A stretch of 64,000 nucleotides of DNA from a virus: IMG/VR virus record IMGVR_UViG_3300036795_000250, positions 1 through 64,000 of that record. One strand, given 5' to 3'. Positions 44,672 through 53,792 of the stretch are shown in pieces. The notes beneath the pieces are model-generated. The model made no database searches, had not been told where the DNA came from, and saw only the letters and a program-made list of their open reading frames with translations. Both the position numbers and the translations under genes were made by a program. Positions within the stretch are counted from its first letter, which is position 1, and the number at the start of each line of letters is the position of its first letter.

Positions 44672-46516
44672 TCAGGACGGTCCGAGGAACTGTTGCCACC
44701 GCATGTGCTCGCTGCCTTGCAGTGGCGAGCCACCCTCCATGTCCCGAGGGACGCCGGCCAAGGATCCGATCGCGGGCCCGACCTCGAAGCTGGCGTTGCC
44801 GAAGAACGCTTCCCGCTGCTGCGGATCTTCCTCGCCCCCGACCTCGACCGCTCCCTGGGCCGCACACGCGAACGCGTCGGCGAGATCCTTGCTGCTACTC
44901 GCCGGGTGATCGATCTTGCCGTTGACCAGCTTGGTCAGCGAGAGCAACTCCTCGCGCAGCAAGGTGTTCTTAGGCGTGGCCAGCCTGCCTTCGTACATGA
45001 TGTCGCGCAGGTTGCGATAGGGCTCGATGTTCGCGTCGGTGCTGACCTTCTTCGAGTCGATGCCACGGGACCGCAGGATCTGCATGCTGTCCTCGGACTG
45101 GAAACCGTCGTAGGTCATTTGCTTGATAGTGAAGCCACGCTGCACCAACTCGAACGCGAGTTGCCGAGCCCATCGAATCTGGATCTCACGGGCAGGCTTC
45201 AGGGAGATGTCCGCCTCGAACGCCAGGACGAAGTCCACCTTGATGACGGGCCGGCGGTCCAGGAACGGGACATCTTCGCCTTCCGGCCCGGCCAGGATCT
45301 TCTCGTACGTTTCGTATTTCTGCACGTGCGCCAGCGCGATGCCAGCCTTGTCTCCGCTGATGGCCATGTCCGCGTGCATGGCGTACACCGCGCCAACAAT
45401 AGGCTTGAAGTCAGGCCGGTAAGCATAGAAGGGAACCCATGCCTTGTGTTCTCGCTTGTAGCTGACCTTGACTGGTGGCGGGACGTCGAGGAAGGTCGCA
45501 TCGACCGCGTCGTGGTTGCGAAAATACGGGTTGACCGCACGAGACGGCTTGCACTCGTACTTGCTCCGTGCCATCACGGGATCGGTCTCATAGTCATCGG
45601 CGAACATGTCCTTGCCGGTGACGCGCGGATTGACCTCCCAGGTGGCGAGTGGGCCGGACAGGAAGTGCCGGGACGCCTCTCCCTTCTTCTTGAGGTCCTC
45701 GCGAGCGGTGCGGGTGAGCTGTTGGATCATGGAGCCGAGGTACCGGGGGTAGGAGATGCGGACGTTCTTGAAGACCTGGGGAAACCGGGTGGATCCGCTG
45801 GTGCGGATCATGTCGAGAATGTTCTCTACGGACTTGGTCGGTTCCCGCGCCGACCGGATGCGCCGGACGACGATCTCACCCTTGCTCTTGAACGCGTCCA
45901 CCTCGTCAGCGATCCCGAGCATGAGGTTGAGACCCTCCTGGGTCTCCGCGTCGCTGTGGCCCGAGATGCACTCAATGTTCTTGGCGTAGGAGATGGTGTT
46001 GATATGCGGATCGCAGCGGTCCTTGAACCAGCCCGACTTCACCGCGCGAGTGATCGGCGTAAAGAATGCTTGCTGGGCCTGAGTGGACGAGGACGCGACA
46101 TTCAGCATGTGGATCGTGTCTTGTTCTGGTATGCCGTAGTACTCCTGAGGGCTAATCAAACACATCAGTAAATACGCGATGCGCATCGAGGCAATGCGGC
46201 AGATATGGTCCTTACCAGAACCTTTACCCCACTGAAGGGTCACGAAGTTTACCATCCTCGTGATATCCGTCCAGTAGGTATCGTTGAACTCTTTAGCCAT
46301 CAACGGATACAGCTCGGGATAGTAGATCCGCTCGGTGTAGCGGACAGCTTCATACTGCACGTCAGACAGCGGCGGGTTACCCAGGTACTTCTTGTCCCGC
46401 ACGAAGATGTCCAGCGGTACTGGTTCTTCGGAGAAGATACGACTGAGGTCAGTGCCGCCCGCCGACGATGTGATCAGGCCGGCGGAGGCACGCATCATGT
46501 CACTGAGAGACGCCAC
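44672..46516 (-). CDS. terL: Terminase large subunit
   Basis: GKGSGKD, IADEVD, HADM...GD, TYDGFQS, KIDHP...SKDLADA. Confidence 0.93.
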   Translation of the reverse strand: MASLSDMMRASAGLITSSAGGTDLSRIFSEEPVPLDIFVRDKKYLGNPPLSDVQYEAVRYTERIYYPELYPLMAKEFNDTYWTDITRMVNFVTLQWGKGSGKDHICRIASMRIAYLLMCLISPQEYYGIPEQDTIHMLNVASSSTQAQQAFFTPITRAVKSGWFKDRCDPHINTISYAKNIECISGHSDAETQEGLNLMLGIADEVDAFKSKGEIVVRRIRSAREPTKSVENILDMIRTSGSTRFPQVFKNVRISYPRYLGSMIQQLTRTAREDLKKKGEASRHFLSGPLATWEVNPRVTGKDMFADDYETDPVMARSKYECKPSRAVNPYFRNHDAVDATFLDVPPPVKVSYKREHKAWVPFYAYRPDFKPIVGAVYAMHADMAISGDKAGIALAHVQKYETYEKILAGPEGEDVPFLDRRPVIKVDFVLAFEADISLKPAREIQIRWARQLAFELVQRGFTIKQMTYDGFQSEDSMQILRSRGIDSKKVSTDANIEPYRNLRDIMYEGRLATPKNTLLREELLSLTKLVNGKIDHPASSSKDLADAFACAAQGAVEVGGEEDPQQREAFFGNASFEVGPAIGSLAGVPRDMEGGSPLQGSEHMRWQQFLGPS

Positions 46517-46615
46517 ATTCGGTCCTCTCCGGAACCGGTCAGTAGAGGAAAATCCCCACCAGTCCCGGAGGACGGTGGGGAGCTAGGGACGGCTGGACTG
46601 CGCGCTGTTCGCGAG

Positions 46616-46894
46616 TCAGGAGTCTTCCGAAATCTCGATTCCGATCTTTTTGGCCGCAGCCTTGATCCGGCCCTTGACCTCAGACAGCGTCACGCCGTTG
46701 AGTGGATACTCAGCAGCATTTTTCGGCACGTTGATGTACGCCCATGCCGCTCGAATGCGCTTCTCGTTGTTGAGCGGGTACTTGCCGTTCTTGGGGTCAG
46801 CGTAGACAACCGCACCGTAGGGCTTGGTGCTGGCAGGCTTGGTCTCAGTAGCGGCAGACAGCCGCAGGAACTTGGCTGTATAGGTTCCGGGCAT
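46616..46894 (-). CDS. DUF6582-like protein
   Basis: YADP...KYPL.....IRAAWAYIN. Confidence 0.75.
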   Translation of the reverse strand: MPGTYTAKFLRLSAATETKPASTKPYGAVVYADPKNGKYPLNNEKRIRAAWAYINVPKNAAEYPLNGVTLSEVKGRIKAAAKKIGIEISEDS

Positions 46895-46895
46895 C

Positions 46896-47816
46896 TTATT
46901 TACCCTGCTTCTTGTGCATGCTGATGACCGCGTTACCGGCGGCTTTGCGGGTTGCCATTGGAGCCGTCTTCGCCCCGGAGCGGTGGACGCCGATGTGCTT
47001 GCCGCCGGCCGCTGCCTTGACCATGCCGACTCGACCCTGGCCCGGCATCATCACGGCGCCCGCGCTGGTCAGACTGCCGCCGTCGAGGTCATCGCCGTCA
47101 GCGTCCCCATCGCTGTCCGAACTGCTGTCCGTGCTGCTGTTTCCGCTGAGCGCCAAGAGCCTCCCCAGGCTGCGGCTCGACGCCGGGGCCGACATAGCGG
47201 CCGGCGCAGAGCCCTCATCCGGGTCAGGCACGCCCATCGCCTGCAACAGCTCGTCGACCGTCGAACTGGCGGCGTAGACCAGCGCGATGGCCTGCTGAAC
47301 TTCAGGCGGCAGAGACGTCAGAGAGACGCCGTGCAGCAGATCGCATGCCTGATCCAGACAGGCATCCACCGCAGCGGCCAGACTCCTCGGATCGTCGTCC
47401 GCGTCAGGGTACGCAGCCTCGCCTTGGCCAGTGGACAACTGGAGGACCTTGCTCAGCGAACTGCTCATCGTCGCCGCTACCTTTCCATGAGGAGCTGACG
47501 ATGTGTGCGCTTCAGCTCGTTTGGCTTCCCACTCTGCCCATGCTTTGGCTGCCGCCGCTTGTACGTCAGGGTGTACGTGACCCTTGCCGTTAGGAGTGCG
47601 GCCGTCCTTCCAGTCCTCGACGATGCCGACTGCTTTGTGGATGGCCTGTGATTCGCCGAGGCCGCCTCGGGCGAGTGCTTTGGATACGTTTTGAATGTAG
47701 GCGGGCAGCATCAGACCTTTGTGGTGCCACAGACCGGGTCCATCCGGCGTGCCCCACGGGTTGGGCTGCGTCGATGCCCGGGGAGTGTCCAGCGTCAGCG
47801 CGAGACGGTTGTCCAT
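46896..47816 (-). CDS. Hypothetical packaging-operon protein
   Basis: LPAYIQ.V..AL...AI..AVG.V..W; acidic low-complexity middle. Confidence 0.7.
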   Translation of the reverse strand: MDNRLALTLDTPRASTQPNPWGTPDGPGLWHHKGLMLPAYIQNVSKALARGGLGESQAIHKAVGIVEDWKDGRTPNGKGHVHPDVQAAAAKAWAEWEAKRAEAHTSSAPHGKVAATMSSSLSKVLQLSTGQGEAAYPDADDDPRSLAAAVDACLDQACDLLHGVSLTSLPPEVQQAIALVYAASSTVDELLQAMGVPDPDEGSAPAAMSAPASSRSLGRLLALSGNSSTDSSSDSDGDADGDDLDGGSLTSAGAVMMPGQGRVGMVKAAAGGKHIGVHRSGAKTAPMATRKAAGNAVISMHKKQGK

Positions 47817-48274
47817 CACAGACCGGCCGCCTGGAACGCCTCACTGAACTTGATCATCAGGTCCTGCCGCGTGGCAGCATCGCTGACCCCGCCCAGCGTG
47901 GCCAGGACCAGGTCCCGCACTTCGGCCAGGATGGCGTCGCGGTTGCCTTTGTCAGCACGCTCCAGCAGGGAGTTGAACTCCCTCGTCATGCTCAACCAAA
48001 ACGTGTTGTAGTCCTTCTGGACAGTCGCGTGAGCGAACCCATCAGCGGAGCCAACCGGCTGGCCTTCCCGCATGCGCAGTACCACGTAGTTGAATGCGAT
48101 GCGCTCGATCAGTAGCTGTTGCACCGTATTCATGGGAAGGTACTGTGCTTCGCGACGCATGCGATGCACGATGACCTCGTAAAGCTGACGCAGCCCTGGA
48201 TCGTCACACACTTCGTCAGGAAGGTTGAATGCTGCGTCGAGAGCATCCAGAGGGCCGAGATCGTCGCTACGCAT
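47816..48274 (-). CDS. Putative terminase small subunit
   Basis: AGGAGG RBS; helical 152 aa; first gene of the terL operon (positional call only). Confidence 0.5.
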   Translation of the reverse strand: MRSDDLGPLDALDAAFNLPDEVCDDPGLRQLYEVIVHRMRREAQYLPMNTVQQLLIERIAFNYVVLRMREGQPVGSADGFAHATVQKDYNTFWLSMTREFNSLLERADKGNRDAILAEVRDLVLATLGGVSDAATRQDLMIKFSEAFQAAGL

Positions 48275-48309
48275 GGCGTCCTCCTGGCTGGCTTACCGTG
48301 CTGCCTGTA

Positions 48310-48318
48310 ACTATCGGC
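48310..48318 (-). promoter_or_regulatory. Putative late promoter -10 GCCGATAGT (packaging operon)
   Basis: 35 nt before ATG 48274, just downstream of a terminator. Confidence 0.7.
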
Positions 48319-48337
48319 GTGACCCGGTATGGGCGCA

Positions 48338-48377
48338 CAACAAAAGGAGGGTCGCCCTACAGGTGAGCGACCCTCCT
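48338..48377 (-). terminator. Intrinsic terminator
   Basis: AGGAGGGTCGC/GCGACCCTCCT stem then TTTGTTG on - strand. Confidence 0.8.
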
Positions 48378-48413
48378 GATTCCGCCGCGCTACCGCCGCC
48401 GACCCAGCATAAC

Positions 48414-48611
48414 TCAGTAAGTCAGCGTGCAGTTGATGATTCCGTCAAGGAGTTGTTTTTTGCTCAACGGGTCGAGGCCGCGCCAGTCGACTGTGAACTG
48501 GGCCATCGAGTAACCGTTGGTCTTGCCGTCCGACAGATACTGATAAACCGTGGAGATGCCAGCTACCTTGGTGGGTTGTGTAGTTGCCGTCACAGGTACG
48601 AAACCTTTCAC
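48414..48611 (-). CDS. Small hypothetical protein
   Basis: GTGA overlap with upstream gene. Confidence 0.5.
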   Translation of the reverse strand: MKGFVPVTATTQPTKVAGISTVYQYLSDGKTNGYSMAQFTVDWRGLDPLSKKQLLDGIINCTLTY

Positions 48612-48934
48612 TGTGGGCCGATAAGTTCATGGCCATGTTTCTTAGCGTCGTCGGAGATTCGTGCTCTGACATAACTCAGATCGTCATCCAGGCCGGGACG
48701 CCAGTCCTCCGGTAGGTCGTTGCTGGCGAGCCTACGCACGAGGGATGCTTCGGTAACGAGGTCTTCCGCTAATGCTAGATAGCCGTCACTGACTAGATAC
48801 CTGACGATCGCTTCAGCTCTATCCTGATTGCGCTGTCGAGCTATCATGCTTTGTGCCGAATGGCCTTGGATCCGTCGCAGAAGCTTGCGGTATTTGCGAT
48901 AGGTCGACACGGCTTCAGTGACAGTCATTCCCAT
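48608..48934 (-). CDS. Hypothetical protein
   Basis: GGGGTGA RBS-like site; ORF. Confidence 0.6.
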   Translation of the reverse strand: MGMTVTEAVSTYRKYRKLLRRIQGHSAQSMIARQRNQDRAEAIVRYLVSDGYLALAEDLVTEASLVRRLASNDLPEDWRPGLDDDLSYVRARISDDAKKHGHELIGPQ

Positions 48935-49004
48935 GAGCAGATCTCACCCCTTTGACGGTATGTTACCGAATACGATGTCGTGCTGGCCGCAGGCAGGGTG
49001 AGAT

Positions 49005-49256
49005 ATGGCAGTCCGGATCATGATCGACCCGAATGTCCGCGTGCGCGGAAACCAGACCTATGTAGACCTGGACAGCGACGTGCTCAGCGGCGATGTGCCG
49101 CAGGTCGGCACCGAGGTCGAGGTGTGCGAGGAAGAGGCTGGACTTGTTGGCCGTGCCCGGGTCAGTGAGGTCAACCGGTTGACCGGCTTGGTGTACCTCG
49201 TCGTGGACTGGTCGTCCTTGCGGCGAGTTGAGCCTCCGGAAGGGGAAGGACCTTGA
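49005..49256 (+). CDS. Small beta-barrel-like hypothetical protein
   Basis: ORF with RBS-like GGGTGAG. Confidence 0.6.
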   Translation: MAVRIMIDPNVRVRGNQTYVDLDSDVLSGDVPQVGTEVEVCEEEAGLVGRARVSEVNRLTGLVYLVVDWSSLRRVEPPEGEGP

Positions 49257-49312
49257 TGAGCAGGGTCTGGTACATCGACGAGAATTGGGCACAGTGAAGG
49301 AGCCTCAGGTCC

Positions 49313-49531
49313 ATGGATGGCGACACCGTAGATCGCTTGTATGACGCTCTGGGGAATCATCGGTACAAGAAGATCGAGTCCCGCAAGGAACTCGTTCTGC
49401 TGGCGGTTGCGCTGCACGATCGCCTGACAGAGGTGGAGGGTCGCTACGCGGTCGCCCTCGAAGAGGTACGACATCTTGACACCCTGTGCGAGGTCAACGC
49501 CATCGCAGCCGCCGAACCGGGTCACGGGTGA
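49313..49531 (+). CDS. Small hypothetical protein
   Basis: AAGGAG upstream. Confidence 0.55.
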   Translation: MDGDTVDRLYDALGNHRYKKIESRKELVLLAVALHDRLTEVEGRYAVALEEVRHLDTLCEVNAIAAAEPGHG

Positions 49532-50210
49532 GCTGAAAGGTGTTGCACGATAGCGATGCCCAGGTCTCTGGGGTCGCGTGCGCACCACCGAACTGGCCGA
49601 TGTGCTTCGACCTGCTCACCTCAGGATGCACAAACGGTAGGTTGGTTCGGTTGGAGGTGCGTACCAGTTGGTAGTCCCAGCCAGCCTCGACTCCAGGAAT
49701 CCCGTTGTGAGTGGAGTAATCCTTGTCCCAGGTGTCTCGTAGGTGCTGGAACCAGGTCTCACCCCAGGTGCCCCAGATCAGCGGTGAGAAGTGGTGCGCG
49801 AGGTAGATCATGTCGACATCACCCGAGGAACGCTCGGAGAATGCACACACCCCGAGGGCGCGCTGCGGGCCGCACCTAGCGGTTGCCTCAGTGAAGTATT
49901 CGAGCACATCCTGACTGACCACAATGTCCTCTTCGGCCAGGACGGTGAAGCCTGCGCCGGTACGGCGGAAGACGTCGTTCAGCGCCGTCCACGGGTTGAC
50001 CAGCACACCCAGACGCGTCTCGTTCAGCGTGGTTTCAATGGGAAGGCCCGAGTCCTTGATGACACCAAGCATCTCCGGCATCACGTCGCTCGGCTCCAAG
50101 TAGAGGTATAGCTGCACATCATCGATCCCTCGAACTTCTGCCCAGCTTGCTAACGTCTCCTGTAGATAGTGCGGACGTTGATACGCGGTGAATACCACCG
50201 AGATCTTCAC
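49494..50210 (-). CDS. GT-A glycosyltransferase with GnT-I (GT13)-like motifs
   Basis: GGGAG RBS; TAYQRPHYL, EEDIVVSQDVLEYF, GWD, PEVSRSKHIG. Confidence 0.8.
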   Translation of the reverse strand: MKISVVFTAYQRPHYLQETLASWAEVRGIDDVQLYLYLEPSDVMPEMLGVIKDSGLPIETTLNETRLGVLVNPWTALNDVFRRTGAGFTVLAEEDIVVSQDVLEYFTEATARCGPQRALGVCAFSERSSGDVDMIYLAHHFSPLIWGTWGETWFQHLRDTWDKDYSTHNGIPGVEAGWDYQLVRTSNRTNLPFVHPEVSRSKHIGQFGGAHATPETWASLSCNTFQLTRDPVRRLRWR

Positions 50211-50466
50211 GGTTGGCTCCCGTGGCCATAAGACGGTTGATAAATAAGTGTCAACGCAGATGCAGCTCATCTCTGGGTTGCATGCGGCTGCTGTGTCAGT
50301 GTGCTCGGGATCCGAGCTGGCCGCCACACCGTGATCGAGTCCGGGGAGATCAGGAAGCAGTGTGTATGTACCAAAAACAGGCAATGAGTACCGGCATCGA
50401 TACAGGAATAGGGTGTGTCATCGCGGGACACAGGTGTGGTCGTTGTCCTACCCTGTACCCACCTAC

Positions 50467-50495
50467 CGGATCACTAGCGGATCACTAGCGGATCA
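50467..50495. repeat. 11-bp tandem repeat CGGATCACTAG x2.6
   Basis: Seen directly, just upstream of the 50508 gene. Confidence 0.85.
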
Positions 50496-50507
50496 GGGTG
50501 AGTGCTG

Positions 50508-51134
50508 ATGATGGAGACGATTTCCATACCTGCGCGGATCGCAGCGTTGCCGGTCGACAAGATCGGGCGCCCGGTGCCGTGGTTTGTCGAGTGGATTCAC
50601 GGTGTACCGGACTTCCGGGTCGTCGGCGCGGCCAAGATTGCCGACGCGGTGCGGTTCTCTCTGTGCTGGGTGTGTGGTCAGCACCTGGGACGCTACATGA
50701 CTTTCACCGTGGGCCCGATGTGCGCGGTGAACCGGACGAGTGCCGAACCCCCGTCCCATCAGGAATGTGCGGAGTTTTCGGTGCAGCGCTGCCCATTCCT
50801 GATCACACCGGCCATGGTGCGGCGAGATCGGCACCTGCCCGCCGGGACGAGCGCGCCTGCGGGGATCATGCTCGCCCGCAATCCCGGGGTGGCCTTGCTG
50901 TGGGTGACCCGCACGTTCGGCCTGCGGCGCACGCCGACCGGACCGTTGTTCGTGTTCGGCGATCCCATCAGTGTGCAGTGGTGGGCACAGGGCCGCCAGG
51001 CCACCCGCGCCGAGGTCGTGGCGTCGATCGATTCGGGGTTGCCCGCGTTGCAGGCGCTGGTAGAGACGGATGCCGAGCGAACGATGCTGGACGGCCAGGT
51101 GTCGAAGGCCATGACTCTCGTCCCGGCTGCCTGA
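50508..51134 (+). CDS. Hypothetical phage protein, putative Zn-binding
   Basis: PVPWF, PDFR, LCWVCG, EPPSH.ECA..S...CPFL. Confidence 0.75.
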   Translation: MMETISIPARIAALPVDKIGRPVPWFVEWIHGVPDFRVVGAAKIADAVRFSLCWVCGQHLGRYMTFTVGPMCAVNRTSAEPPSHQECAEFSVQRCPFLITPAMVRRDRHLPAGTSAPAGIMLARNPGVALLWVTRTFGLRRTPTGPLFVFGDPISVQWWAQGRQATRAEVVASIDSGLPALQALVETDAERTMLDGQVSKAMTLVPAA

Positions 51135-51148
51135 GCAGGAGGTGCTCA

Positions 51149-51328
51149 GTGATCACGGTCTCTCGACATTGGGCCGACTACCGCTGGGCCGGGTGGCAGT
51201 ACGCGCACGCCAACGGGCATGCCGTGCTCAAGACGGACACGAACTGGCGCCTGATCAGCGGATGCCACCTCAGATGGGGCAAACGACACCTCTGGCTCAA
51301 TTGGCGCCGGACAGACATCCGGCCATAG
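51149..51328 (+). CDS. 59-aa Trp-rich hypothetical protein
   Basis: AGGAGG before GTG 51149. Confidence 0.5.
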   Translation: MITVSRHWADYRWAGWQYAHANGHAVLKTDTNWRLISGCHLRWGKRHLWLNWRRTDIRP

Positions 51329-51596
51329 ATCCATACCGTGCTGAGCCGCTGGCCAGGGAAGAACCACTGCTGGTTACAAGTAGCTAACGGTTGAGGATCT
51401 TGCCCATCAAACTGCGGGGCGCGAAAACCGAACTGCGGGCGCGTCGGGTAGTTGGCGCGGATGCTGTCGGTTCCAGCGACGATCAGCATCCATCACCACA
51501 TACGCACGATCTCATGTCCGCGCTGGTTGTTCAGGTCTCAGTCGACCAGTTGGCACGCATTTGTGCACGTTGCCGGATGATGACACTGTTTGATTC

Positions 51597-51899
51597 ATGG
51601 ACATTGCCTTGGTTGTCGCAGCGCTTAGCAAGTTCAACGACGCGGAGTCACCCACGAAGAAAGAGGTGGAGAAGCTTGTCGACGCGGTTAGGGGATCGGG
51701 TATCAACGAGCTCCAAGAGTGGCTGGAGGAGTTGACGGGGCAGGTGGAAGAAGCAAGCAACTCGATCGAAGCGCTGACTGATGCGGATAGCGACGAACGA
51801 GAAGAGTGTTTTGAGGCCGCGACCGTCGATGTAGCTCAGGTGTTGGAGTCACTGAACGATGCATTGGAGTCGGTCAGAGCTGTCGCCCCATCCAGCTAG
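51597..51899 (+). CDS. Small acidic protein
   Basis: E/D-rich helical ORF. Confidence 0.6.
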   Translation: MDIALVVAALSKFNDAESPTKKEVEKLVDAVRGSGINELQEWLEELTGQVEEASNSIEALTDADSDEREECFEAATVDVAQVLESLNDALESVRAVAPSS

Positions 51900-52111
51900 G
51901 CGCTGGTACGCACTCGCTTCATATAGCGTGAGGTGCTACAGTCATTCCTGTCCGTGCTTCATGAGTTCAACTCTCTTGTCGCACAGCGCAGGACAGCGTG
52001 GCCTCCGATCTTCGGGTTGGGGGCCACGCATTTGTGCGTAGGGGCGAGATCAGAGGCGGTATGGTCATGACTTCGCCGTATCGAGCGCTTGTCGCGAGTG
52101 GAGGATATGCC

Positions 52112-52546
52112 GTGATCTCGGTAGAGCCGTGCGTATTCTGTGAGATCGTGGCTGGACGAAGCCCTGCCGAGATCGTGGGTACCTGGCCCGATGCCACAGC
52201 GTTCATATCGCTCGATCCGGTCACTCCGGGACATACGTTGGTCGTGCCGAACGAGCATATTGCCGACGCGGTGGAGCGCCCTGGGGCGACGGCCATGGTG
52301 ATGCAGCGCGCCGCAGAACTCGCTAGCGAGTACCAGTATTCGAACATCCTCACCAATACCGGTACACCGGCCCACCAAAGCGTGTTCCATTTGCACATTC
52401 ACGTCATCCCGCGCTCGGCCGACGACCAACTGATGCTGCCCTGGGGCACGACCGGGGATCCCCATGCTCCGCACTGGTGCCGGGTGGCTGAGCGGTTGCA
52501 GCGCCAGATCGACGCTCTGCTGAACCAGAACGACCGTACTGCGTAG
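52112..52546 (+). CDS. HIT-family nucleotide hydrolase
   Basis: CVFCEI, GHTLVVP, QSVFHLHIHVIPR. Confidence 0.92.
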   Translation: MISVEPCVFCEIVAGRSPAEIVGTWPDATAFISLDPVTPGHTLVVPNEHIADAVERPGATAMVMQRAAELASEYQYSNILTNTGTPAHQSVFHLHIHVIPRSADDQLMLPWGTTGDPHAPHWCRVAERLQRQIDALLNQNDRTA

Positions 52547-52610
52547 TCACCGGGCTCGCCAACGCAACTCCAAGATTTGGAGTTACTTGGAGCAATTTGG
52601 AGTTGGGGAA

Positions 52611-52641
52611 GGAAAAAGACGGCCCCAAAATCGGGGCCGTC
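52611..52641 (-). terminator. Intrinsic terminator
   Basis: GACGGCCCC/GGGGCCGTC stem then T tract on - strand. Confidence 0.75.
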
Positions 52642-52668
52642 CTCCAGCGGTGCACGGTGATCGTGTTG

Positions 52669-53517
52669 CTAGCTGTCCTTGTCGAAGGCAAGCTCGGCAT
52701 AGACGTAATCATGGTCGGAGCCGGGGCACGGAATCACGCGGTAGCTGCCCTCGACGTAGTCCGCTGGATGTTCCTTGGACACGACGATGCGATCGATCCG
52801 CAGACCTCCCGCACTCGTCGGGGTGAAGTCGCGTGCTCGCTCGCCGACGTCCCAGAGCCCGGAACTGAGCACCGTGTCCATCGACTCGGTGTTCGTGGTC
52901 CACCTCCCGCTGGAGTCCCGCCGACCCTTCTGTGTTCTCTGCCATGGCCGACCACGCTCGTCGCAGCGCGCTCCCCAGTCCTCATAGAGATGCTCGCCGT
53001 CGGCGCTGCTCGTGGTGTTGAAGTCTCCGCCGATGATCGACGGGAGTTGGCCGAGCTGGGCGGAGAGGCTGGCCTGGATGTCCATCCCCACTGGACCTCG
53101 TGCTCCGGTCCAGTGGATCGGGGAGAGGAAGGTCCTGATCCCGGCGATGGTGGCCTCTAGCACGTCGTAATAGACCTCGCGAACGTCGGGATCGGCTACC
53201 TCATGCACTTCCTTCGGCTTGACCAGGCGGGCGGAGGTGACCATGCCCGGCTTGTTCCGGCTGCCCTTCCGTTGCGACATCCAGGGTCGGAAGAAATCGT
53301 CTCCTTCCCAGAGGTCGTCGAGTAGTCCTACCGCTTCCCAGAGCGGTTGCTGCTGGAACGCCATCCACATTGTGCATTCAGACAAGAAGAGAACATGTGG
53401 TGTGGGTGCTTTCGCCACGATATCGCGTAGCCTGTGTAGCTCGTGCCAGCGCGTTTTCGCGTTCCAGCAGCCGCGCTTAATGTTCAGCACGCCAATGCGC
53501 ACAACCGTCTCAGCCAC
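52669..53517 (-). CDS. Endonuclease/exonuclease/phosphatase (EEP) family protein
   Basis: LNI, LSE, GGDFN, RIDRI, SDH. Confidence 0.88.
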   Translation of the reverse strand: MAETVVRIGVLNIKRGCWNAKTRWHELHRLRDIVAKAPTPHVLFLSECTMWMAFQQQPLWEAVGLLDDLWEGDDFFRPWMSQRKGSRNKPGMVTSARLVKPKEVHEVADPDVREVYYDVLEATIAGIRTFLSPIHWTGARGPVGMDIQASLSAQLGQLPSIIGGDFNTTSSADGEHLYEDWGARCDERGRPWQRTQKGRRDSSGRWTTNTESMDTVLSSGLWDVGERARDFTPTSAGGLRIDRIVVSKEHPADYVEGSYRVIPCPGSDHDYVYAELAFDKDS

Positions 53518-53792
53518 GTGTCGTATCCCTTGGATCTTGTGTGCTTGGGTAGGCCGATGGGCGAGCTTACTCAGCCCACCCCGATCCCGGGGCAGTTACG
53601 GATTGATTCGTCGCTACTTTCTGCGGCGCCACGGGAATCCGCCGACCACTCTGCCCGGGTGATCTACTGGGTAGCTGGTCTCGGCATGCTGGCAGTTCGT
53701 GCAGCGGTCAGTCCACGATCCCACTGTCTCATCCACGTCCGTGCTAGTGGTGTTGCCGCCGCACTTCGGACACGTTTCCATGGGGACACAGG

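Noticed and set aside
44648-46171. 507-aa + strand ORF (also 5102..6325 -, 55054..56223 -, 42974..43840 +)
   Set aside because: Antisense shadows of terL, methyltransferase, integrase and portal, expected in high-GC DNA; no motifs
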